A stretch of 64,000 nt of DNA from Eledone cirrhosa (Eukaryota), in contig OZ024741.1 in assembly GCA_964016885.1 (NCBI GenBank), positions 200,880,001 to 200,944,000 of the forward strand, in the 5' to 3' direction. This document shows positions 53,918 through 64,000 of this stretch, one piece after another. Each line of letters starts with the position of its first letter. Within the stretch, counting starts at the first letter, position 1. The notes beneath the pieces are model-generated. The model did no database searches. It saw only the letters and a list, made by a program, of their open reading frames with translations, and was not told the origin of the DNA. Both the position numbers and the translations under genes were made by a program.

Positions 53918-54402
53918 TGTCAGGCTGCTCTCGGGTGCTACTGGTAACATGTAACCCAGTACAACCTGTCTCATGGTCGGGTCGTCGGCAACTAAACCGG
54001 CAACCCCACCAAGCTTTCTTGGAGTGGAGGGGGATATTTGGACACCCTCGGGATGAAATACAAGACCTGGCAAAGGATGGATTAACTCAGCAGTCAACGG
54101 CCACCCAAATAATACTTTTCATCTGGGAGTGAAAAGCTCCCAGTTGTTATCACAACACCTTTCTAGGAGAGGGAAACTCTGAAAAAGAATCTGCGGCTTC
54201 GGAAGCATCCGATGATGTTGACCAGTTCTCCTTTCGGGAAGTGTTTTCCATGGTCACAGAGTGGGATTGGTCGTGTGCAAGGCCTTAAAGCACAGGCATT
54301 GCTTATTCAGGATATGTTACAGGTTTGTGTGGCTGACCAAGTGTACCACACTCTATAATCTGACAAGCGCTTGCAGTACTCTTAGCAGAGTTTGCAGCCA
54401 TC
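53918..54402 (+). mobile_element. RTE 5'-leader-derived short element within (TATG)n
   Basis: First ~125 bp homologous to the RTE leader at 33400-33517; ends GCAGCCATC+ATGTATGT like the RTE at 53617-53640. Confidence 0.6.
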
Positions 54403-55282
54403 ATGTATGTATGCATAAATACATGTATATATATGTGTGTATATATGCATATATGTATGTATATATGGACTCATAAAACCTGTGTGAGCCCATCTCTTTC
54501 CAGACTTGAATACAGTCGAATTCTTCCAAAGAATGAGAAAGAGTGATATATAGAAAGTGAGGAGGAGATTTCGAAGAATCAGCCTCAGACCTCGAAATGA
54601 TGAAAGTTAAAGTTGACCTCAGTGGGATTTGAACTCAAAGCGCAGAGAGCTGGGAAGAATACTACAAAGCATCCTATCCGATGTTCTAATGATTTTACCA
54701 ATCCTCCGCCTGAAGGTAGTGATTGGCTATTCTAGATTGAGAGTAAATATTGAAGTGCCTTCTTTCTACATTCTCCATTTCTCCCAGTATTTTCATCCTA
54801 TACTGATGTCTTTGCTTATAGTACTAATCAGCACTGAGTGAAGAAACATTTTACCAGCAATATGAATGAATATAGCAAGGTAGAAGTAACTATGACGGTT
54901 ATGGATACGTGTGATGTCAGTAACAGAATACGGATACTTGTTATGTATACGTATACATATCAACATACTTATCTAGTCATGTATTAATTTGTATGCACAA
55001 TGCAATGTCAAGTTTAAACGACAGGCCAAGCGATAGAAGTATTTGAAAATTTAACATTGTATTATAATTATATATACGTGCGCGTGTATGTGAATGCCTG
55101 TATTTGTGCGTGTGTGTCGTAGAGAAACCGTCGTGACATTTAAACGTGATGGAGCCTATCCCAGCTCTAGGTTTGGACAACACCGATTTTTCCAGAGAAA
55201 AAACAAGATACAAAGAATCGACTAGTAAAGGATAGTAAAATAATAGTAAAGAATAGTAAAATAGTTTAAATGATAGATGTAT

Positions 55283-55315
<33 letters not shown>

Positions 55316-55386
55316 CATATATACATATACACACACACACATATATATATATAGATATATATACATACACACACATATATATATAT

Positions 55387-55587
55387 ATAGGAACAAGTAA
55401 GACCCCGACGGCTGAGCTCAAGCCGTTTCGACGGCTAATTCTGTACTGAGTACAGAATTAGCCGTCGAAACGGCTTGAGCTCAGCCGTCGGGGTCTTACT
55501 TGTTCCTATTACCCACTCTACTACCCTAAGTATTGAGTACTTTGGTGCGTTATGGTCCACCTGGTTCCTTACCACATTTCCTTCGTT
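55387..55587 (+). mobile_element. pLTR-like family A, copy 4, with perfect 61-bp-arm palindrome
   Basis: 55387-55447 is the exact reverse complement of 55449-55509; (TA)n on both sides. Confidence 0.85.
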
Positions 55588-55603
55588 ATATATATATATA
55601 TAC

Positions 55604-55685
<82 letters not shown>

Positions 55686-55720
55686 ATATTAAATAAATGA
55701 AAACTATATTTATAAAATCA

Positions 55721-55790
55721 TATTTATTCTATTATATACATTTCAAGGATACCAAAAACTTTGGTACGCTTTCATCAGATAAAATAAACA
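55721..55790 (-). ncRNA. Type I hammerhead ribozyme (predicted)
   Basis: UGUUUAUUUUAU-CUGAUGA-AAGCGUACCAAA...UUUGGUAUCCUU-GAAA-UGUAUA-UA/AUAGAAUAAAUA; 12-bp stem I, AUA triplet; in a ~180-bp insert between (TA)n tracts. Confidence 0.8.
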
Positions 55791-55856
55791 CTGTCGAGTG
55801 CTCTGAATCAGTTATTAACATTTATATTTGTTGAATTTCCAACAAATTAAATGTAC

Positions 55857-55910
<54 letters not shown>

Positions 55911-55914
<4 letters not shown>

Positions 55915-56209
55915 TCCCATCTCATCAACATTACAGCACAATTATCTCACCTCAGTTGGTCCCACTCTCCTTAATTTTACACCAAAACACATTAAAACAC
56001 AAATAGACTCCATGAAATTCAAAAAGTCTTTGGACAAATTCCTCCGAGAAAAACCGGATAAATCTTCTACACCCGGATATGTCTCCGTAAACAATATCTC
56101 TCTACTTGGGTGGACTGTGGTGTCCAAATCCTGATTTGAAAGACTTCGCCGGGTGGTGCTATTAAGTTAGACATAGCCTAGGCCAATAGTGGCTGAAACC
56201 TATCAAAGT

Positions 56210-56210
<1 letters not shown>
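55911..56210 (+). mobile_element. CR1-group LINE 3' end between (TA)n tracts
   Basis: TSVGPTL, KFKKSLDKFL...PDK...PGY; 55911-56005 is an inverted near-copy of 56243-56337. Confidence 0.75.
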
Positions 56211-56240
<30 letters not shown>

Positions 56241-56242
56241 GT

Positions 56243-57870
56243 TTCTGTTTTAATGTGTTTTGGTGTTAAATTAAAGAGAGTGGGACCAACCGAGGTGAAA
56301 TAATTGTGCTGTAATGTTGATATGAGATGGGAGTTTGATATTTGTTGTTGGCGGATAGCACAGGGCCCAAGCCTTAGTTGTACTTTATGGAATATTTTCC
56401 ACACCATGCAGATAATGTAGCTCTCACAGCGGCGTTGGAGAGAATAAAGTTTGAGATTTTCTAGTCAACCCCGATAGTCAAGGCCTGTTATGCCGTCTAT
56501 CTTTTTTGTGATTGACCTTTGAGTTGCTTCTATTTTTATAATACTTTGTTTCGTGTCGGTAGACCACAGTGGACAACAGTATTCAAGGTGGGGTCGGGCA
56601 AAAGTAGAGAAGAGAAGGATAATGTTGTGGATATCTCTCGACTGGAAAGTTCTGAGTATCCAGGAATACATTCTGTGGGCCATGTCAACATTGCTGTTTA
56701 TATGAGTCGCCCGGCTTATGTTGTTATCAACAATTACTCCCAAGTCTCTGATCTTTTGGATGCCACGAGAGTTTCACCTGAAGAAAGGGAATATGGGAGT
56801 TTCAGTGCATTCCCTTTTTCAAAGTGGATTAATTCAAATTTATGCTAGTTCAGCAGCATAGTCTTCTTTTCCGCCTATTGGATAACAGGAAATCGATCTG
56901 ATTGAAGGCATATCCGGTCGCCCACTCCATTGATGACCTGGAGCTTGGAATCATCTGCAAAGATTCTCTTATGTTGCTGTGTTTGATAACACCCGTAACG
57001 TCATATATATAGATAATGAAAAGAAGTGGGCCCAACACAGTGCCTGGAGGAACGCCACTACTCACTTTGGCTGGGCTGGATTGTACTCCTTCGACTACAA
57101 CATGCTGGGATCTGTTTGTCAGCAAACACTTGATCCATTACAGTAACTTTCCAGAGACACCAATGTTGGATAGTTTTTTCAGTAGAAAGTTGTGATCAAC
57201 CCTGACAAAGGCCTTTCTGAAATCAAGGTAGATGATATCAGTGTTGGAACCCTCTCCTAAAGCTCTTAAAATGTCATCAAAGTGATACAGGTGCTGCGTT
57301 AGGCAATCCCTTCCATTACTGAACCCATGTTGGTTGGATTTCAACAGTCTGTTGCTTTCAAGAGAGTGAGTTATTCGTGATCTCACCACCCTCTCAAATA
57401 CCTTGAAAACTGGGACAACGGACTGAAACAGAAAGTGTTCAGGAATATAGCCAGTATCCAGTGAGTTCCTCCACAGATTAGCAAGAGGAGATGCAAGTTG
57501 GTGTTGACACATCTTCAGGACACAAGTAGAAAACCTATCGGGGTCTACTGCTGAATTGTATTTAATTTCGTTTATTGCCGCTAAGATATTAGGAGCACCA
57601 AAGGTTATGTCTGATATAGTGTTTTGGGAATTAACATCACTGATACAGCCCAGATCGGCCATATCAGGATTGCTGAAAACAGAGCAGTATTGTTTCTGCA
57701 GTATCACACCCATGGTTTTGGCATTATCTTGGAGAGTGCCAATTTCATCTATTAGAGGGCCAAAAGTGTTGTTGTTTTTTTCGCAAACGAAAAGAACACT
57801 TTGGGATTAAGTTTGATTTTCTCAATGGCCCATTTCTCCTCAGCACTTCTTTGGTTATTGATGATGGTCT
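56243..57870 (-). mobile_element. CR1-group LINE, RT region, decayed
   Basis: QHGF...[46 protein letters not shown]. Confidence 0.9.
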
Positions 57871-57952
57871 TCATGTATTGTTGGAAGCTATATATATTTT
57901 TTTTTTTTTCTTTTTTTTCCGAACAGTGCGATAGCAGTCGGATGTGTGTGTT

Positions 57953-58532
57953 GCTTCCCTGTTTAGGAAAGATTCAAAATGGCGTGCTAAGCTCTCTCAG
58001 TTGCTAGTGGCAAGTGGTGGTAGCAGTAATCTCCTTATTGTATTATTTATTTGTTCTTTTTATTTTTCTGATAATAGTTTTTTTTTCCTATTCGGTGGGA
58101 TTTATATATTATATGCCTCAAACAATTCGATTGGTATTTGCTATACCGATTATATATATGAGACGAATCAAGTCGAATAGAACAGGCATAGCTTCGGCCG
58201 TTTCCTCACTCACCCAATGGAAAATATTTTCGTATTATAAAAACTCGCACCCAGCTGTTGGGAGTGCATACTTTCGTTAGTCAGTGAGGGAAACTACTTC
58301 GTGTGTGTAAGGTGAAACAGACTGCTATAACAGTTCCCTGAAATGCTTGTAGTGCACCGAAAGGTGCAGCCATGTGCAGAATATTAGGTAATGATAGTAC
58401 AGGTTACGTAATTCAGCGTGGGACCGTTTCGTCAGCGGGAGGTCGCTTCCCTGTTTAGGAAAGATTCAAAATGGCGTGCTAAGCTCTCTCAGTTGCTAGT
58501 GGCAAGTGGTCGTAGCAGTAATCTCCTTATTG
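57953..58532 (+). repeat. 88-bp direct repeat pair, 492 bp apart
   Basis: 57953-58040 vs 58445-58532, one mismatch seen. Confidence 0.92.
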
Positions 58533-58952
58533 ACGTAAAATCAAAGAGGAAGTAAGCCAGATCTGACCAAATATGGAATCACGTTGGCAAAAACATTCAT
58601 ATTGAAAAAATATGATTATTTCCACAAATACTCAATCAGTGTGCTTTCAAATAAAAAACAAATACAGAACAGTAAACAATAAAGAATAAATTGAACTTCA
58701 ATTTACAATTTAAATGCAGTATAGTTCACATGGAGTTAAAATAATTAAGGCTAAATTGTCAGTCTTTTTTCTCTGGAATTTCGCCTATTAATCACAGTCA
58801 TCAGACAAGAACTAACGTTTCAATAGCAGACACAGTATATATAAGAAATACTTGAAGTGTGTGTGTGTGGGTGGGGGGGGGGTAGTTGGGAAAGAATAAT
58901 CAAGATAGAGTAGGCAGGGTGGTGTAGCAGTGGAGGGAGAAGGTGATAAAGC

Positions 58953-61900
58953 GTGCATAGCCATTGAATTTTAATTGGTCAGTGGCCATAGTCATAGGAT
59001 GTTAACTGGTCAGTGGGCATAGTCATAGGACTTTAACTGGTCAGTGGCCATAGTCATAGGATTTTAACTGGTCAGTGGGCATAGTCATAGGATGTTAACT
59101 GGTCAGTGGGCATAGTCATAGGATGTTAACTGGTCAGTGGGCATAGTCATAGGATGTTAACTGGTCAGTGGCCATAGTCATAGGATTTTAACTGGTCAGT
59201 GGGCATAGTCATAAGATTTTAACTGGTCAGTGGGCATAGTCATAGGATGTTAACTGGTCAGTGGGCATAGTCATAGGACTTTAACTGGTCAGTGGCCATA
59301 GTCATAGGATGTTAACTGGTCAGTGGGCATAGTCATAGGATGTTAACTGGTCAGTGGGCATAGGACTTTAACTGGTCAGTGGGCAAAGTCATAGGATGTT
59401 AACTGGTCAGTGGGCATAGTCATAGGACTTTAACTGGTCAGTGGACATAGTCATAGGACTTTAACTGGTCAGTGGGCATAGTCATAGAATGTTAACTGGT
59501 CAGTGGGCATAGTAATAGGATATTAACTGGTCAGTGGGCATAGTCATAGGACTTTAACTGGTCAGTGGCCATAGTCATAGGATGTTAACTGGTCAGTGGG
59601 CATAGTCATAGGATGTTAACTGGTCAGTGGGCATAGTCATAGGACTTTAACTGGTCAGTGGGCATAGTCATAGAATGTTAACTGGTCAGTGGGCATAGTC
59701 ATAGGATGTTAACTGGTCAGTGGGTATAGTCATAGGATGTTAACTGGTCAGTGGCCATAGTCATAGGATTTTAACTGGTCAGTGGCCATAATCATAGGAC
59801 TTTAACTGGTCAGTGGGCATAGTCATAGGATGTTCACTGGTCAGTGGGTATAGTCATAGGATGTTAACTGGTCAGTGGCCATAATCATAGGATTTTAACT
59901 GGTCAGTGGCCATAATCATAGGACTTTAACTGGTCAGTGGGTATAGTCATAGGATGTTAACTGGTCAGTGGGGATAGTCATAGGACTTTAACTGGTCAGT
60001 GGGTATAGTCATAGGATGTTAACTGGTCAGTGGGGATAGTCATAGGACTTTAACTGGTCAGTGGGCATAGTCATAGGACTTTAACTGGTCAGTGGGTATA
60101 GTCATAGGATGTTAACTGGTCAGTGGGGATAGTCATAGGATTTTAACTGGTCAGTGGCCATAATCATAGGACTTTAACTGGTCAGTGGGTATAGTCATAG
60201 GATGTTAACTGGTCAGTGGGCATAGTCATAGGATGTTAACTGGTCAGTGGCCATAGTCATAGGATTTTAACTGGTCAGTGGGCATAGTCATAGGATGTTA
60301 ACTGGTCAGTGGCCATAGTCATAGGATGTTAACTGGTCAGTGGGCATAGTCATAGGATGTTAACTGGTCAGTGGGCATAGTCATAGGATGTTAACTGGTC
60401 AGTGGGCATAGTCATAGGATGTTAAGTGGTCAGTGGGCATAGGACTTTAACTGGTCAGTGGGCATAGTCATAGGATGTTAACTGGTTAGTGGGCATAGTC
60501 ATAGGATGTTATCTGGTCAGTGGGCATAGTCATAGGACTTTAACTGGTCAGTGGGCATAGTCATAGGATGTTAACTGGTCAGTGGGCATAGTCATAGGAT
60601 GTTAACTGGTCAGTGGGCATAGTCATAGGATTTTAACTGGTCAGTGGCCATAATCATAGGACTTTAACTGGTCAGTGGGTATAGTCATAGGATGTTAACT
60701 GGTCAGTGGGCATAGTCATAGGATGTTAACTGGTCAGTGGCCATAGTCATAGGATTTTAACTGGTCAGTGGGCATAGTCATAGGATGTTAACTGGTCAGT
60801 GGCCATAGTCATAGGATGTTAACTGGTCAGTGGGCATAGTCATAGGATGTTAACTGGTCAGTGGGCATAGTCATAGGATGTTAACTGGTCAGTGGGCATA
60901 GTCATAGGACTTTAACTGGTCAGTGGGCATAGTCATAGGATGTTAACTGGTCAGTGGGCATAGTCATAGGATGTTAACTGGTCAGTGGGCATAGTCATAG
61001 GATGTTAACTGCTCAGTGGCCATAATCATAGGACTTTAACTGGTCAGTGGGCATAGTCATAGGACTTTAACTGGTCAGTGGGCATAGTCATAGGACTGTA
61101 ACTGGTCAGTGGGCATAGTCATAGGATGTTAACTGGTCAGTGGGCATAGTCATAGGATTTTAACTGGTCAGTGGGCATAGTCATAGGATGTTAACTGGTC
61201 AGTGGGCATAGTCATAGGACTTTAACTGGTCAGTGGGCATAGTCATAGGATTTTAACTGGTCAGTGGGCATAGTCATAGGATGTTAACTGGTCAGTGGGC
61301 ATAGTCATAGGATGTTAACTGGTCAGTGGGTATAGTCATAGGACTTTAACTGGTCAGTGGGCATAGTCATAGGACTTTAACTGGTCAGTGGGCATAGTCA
61401 TAGGATGTTAACTGGTCAGTGGGCATAGTCATAGGATTTTAACTGGTCAGTGGGCATAGTCATAGGATGTTAACTGGTCAGTGGGCATAGTCATAGGATG
61501 TTAACTGGTCAGTGGGTATAGTCATAGGACTTTAACTGGTCAGTGGGCATAGTCATAGGACTTTAACTGGTCAGTGGGCATAGTCATAGGATGTTAACTG
61601 GTCAGTGGGCATAGTCATAGGATTTTAACTGGTCAGTGGGCATAGTCATAGGACTTTAACTGGTCAGTGGGCATAGTCATAGGATGTTAACTGGTCAGTG
61701 GGCATAGTCATAGGACTTTAACTGGTCAGTGGGTATAGTCATAGGACTTTAACTGGTCAGTTGGCATAGTCATAGGATGTTAACTGGTCAGTGGGCATAG
61801 TCATGGGACTTTAACTGGTCAGTGGGCATAGTCATAGGACTTTAACTGGTCAGTGGGCATAGTCATAGGATGTTAACTGGTCAGTGGGCATAGTCATAGG

Positions 61901-63188
61901 ATGTTAACTGGTCAGTGGGCATAGTCATAGGATTTTAACTGGTCAGTGGCCATAATCATAGGACTTTAACTGGTCAGTGGGTATAGTCATAGGATGTTAA
62001 CTGGTCAGTGGGCATAGTCATAGGATGTTAACTGGTCAGTGGCCATAGTCATAGGATTTTAACTGGTCAGTGGGCATAGTCATAGGATGTTAACTGGTCA
62101 GTGGCCATAGTCATAGGATGTTAACTGGTCAGTGGGCATAGTCATAGGATGTTAACTGGTCAGTGGGCATAGTCATAGGATGTTAACTGGTCAGTGGGCA
62201 TAGTCATAGGACTTTAACTGGTCAGTGGGCATAGTCATAGGATGTTAACTGGTCAGTGGGCATAGTCATAGGATGTTAACTGGTCAGTGGGCATAGTCAT
62301 AGGATGTTAACTGCTCAGTGGCCATAATCATAGGACTTTAACTGGTCAGTGGGCATAGTCATAGGACTTTAACTGGTCAGTGGGCATAGTCATAGGACTG
62401 TAACTGGTCAGTGGGCATAGTCATAGGATGTTAACTGGTCAGTGGGCATAGTCATAGGATTTTAACTGGTCAGTGGGCATAGTCATAGGATGTTAACTGG
62501 TCAGTGGGCATAGTCATAGGACTTTAACTGGTCAGTGGGCATAGTCATAGGATTTTAACTGGTCAGTGGGCATAGTCATAGGATGTTAACTGGTCAGTGG
62601 GCATAGTCATAGGATGTTAACTGGTCAGTGGGTATAGTCATAGGACTTTAACTGGTCAGTGGGCATAGTCATAGGACTTTAACTGGTCAGTGGGCATAGT
62701 CATAGGATGTTAACTGGTCAGTGGGCATAGTCATAGGATTTTAACTGGTCAGTGGGCATAGTCATAGGATGTTAACTGGTCAGTGGGCATAGTCATAGGA
62801 TGTTAACTGGTCAGTGGGTATAGTCATAGGACTTTAACTGGTCAGTGGGCATAGTCATAGGACTTTAACTGGTCAGTGGGCATAGTCATAGGATGTTAAC
62901 TGGTCAGTGGGCATAGTCATAGGATTTTAACTGGTCAGTGGGCATAGTCATAGGACTTTAACTGGTCAGTGGGCATAGTCATAGGATGTTAACTGGTCAG
63001 TGGGCATAGTCATAGGACTTTAACTGGTCAGTGGGTATAGTCATAGGACTTTAACTGGTCAGTTGGCATAGTCATAGGATGTTAACTGGTCAGTGGGCAT
63101 AGTCATGGGACTTTAACTGGTCAGTGGGCATAGTCATAGGACTTTAACTGGTCAGTGGGCATAGTCATAGGACTTTAACTGGTCAGTG
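58953..63188 (+). repeat. 31-bp tandem satellite, ~136 units, with higher-order structure
   Basis: Unit AACTGGTCAGTGGGCATAGTCATAGGA(TG/CT/TT)TT; rare variants recur at 1302-bp spacing. Confidence 0.98.
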
Positions 63189-63380
63189 AGGGGCAGGTGA
63201 TAAATGTGAAGATGGATGTATGGGGGTTAGTGAAAAGGTTGGTGAGATTGACAGGATAAAGTGGTGAATGGAATATACATATGTATATAATTACACATGT
63301 ACATAAATATGCGCAAACTCACACATATCTACACATACATACATCTAAACCCACATAACTAGGTGTTTATATATATATAG

Positions 63381-63448
<68 letters not shown>

Positions 63449-63459
63449 AATAAAATATA

Positions 63460-63600
63460 GAGAAAAATACTGCAGGTAGCACATGGATAACATGTAATAA
63501 AATGAGTCCCTCATCAGTGATTTGCCGACGATCATCGATATTTCATTGCATTAAAAATCATATACCTCACGTCGGTGCAATAATAACCAAAATAAGTTAT
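63460..63600 (-). repeat. Second copy of the 17280-17425 repeat, next to (TA)n
   Basis: AGTCCCTCATCAGTGATTTGCC on the plus strand. Confidence 0.7.
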
Positions 63601-64000
63601 TAGGACAATTGAAACGCGTAAAGCGAGTGAGACAGGAGAACAACAAAGAGTATAGCTAACCGTAGGGGAAAGAAACAAGCTTCAAAATTATTCTGTTTAG
63701 CATCAGCTAGGTGAATATATGAGCGCTTTTAGAAAACAGACCTGACACGAACTATGGCCATGTGAGAAGAGAGAAAAATAGCCTTCGTGGTGTACAGGAT
63801 GAAATGAAGAGAAGAGAAACAGTGAGTGAGTGAAAGTGTGAGGAAGAGTTAACTGACATGACAGAGGGGGAGAAACAGAGAGACTGGGGGAGCAGTAAGA
63901 GAGAGAGAGAAAAAAAAAATATATATATATATACACACACACACACAAACACAACCTATACTTATAAAAGACATACGGTTGGGTGGTATTGATGTTAAGT

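Noticed and set aside
58755-58812. Minus-strand CUGAUGA...GAAA hammerhead candidate
   Set aside because: Stem II is offset, stem III unpaired and there is no valid NUH before the stem I partner
58953-63188. CRISPR array interpretation of the 31-bp repeat
   Set aside because: Units are contiguous with no unique spacers, no cas genes, eukaryotic context

Overview
This is AT-rich, repeat-dominated animal DNA. The SINE families and microsatellite load look like an octopus (cephalopod) genome; that assignment is an inference. No host protein-coding gene could be supported, and most ORF-track entries are microsatellite or antisense artefacts. The window holds decayed non-LTR retrotransposons (Tx1/L1, RTE including a near-intact copy with three C-terminal C2H2 fingers, R4/Dong, CR1, a possible CRE fragment). 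It also holds a 4.2-kb Helitron with both termini, a MITE, more than 20 copies or fragments of a tRNA-derived SINE, and a 4.2-kb 31-bp satellite with a 42-unit higher-order duplication. The most interesting signal is a set of sequence-unrelated short elements lodged in or beside (TA)n tracts that carry type I hammerhead-ribozyme folds: four look complete, two are variants, several are degenerate or half. These resemble Penelope-like pLTRs or retrozymes, and one family forms copy-specific fold-back palindromes. Different element classes sit in different simple repeats: Tx1 in GATA, RTE in TATG, hammerhead elements in TA, the SINE at ATAAT. All structures were folded by eye and element boundaries are approximate.
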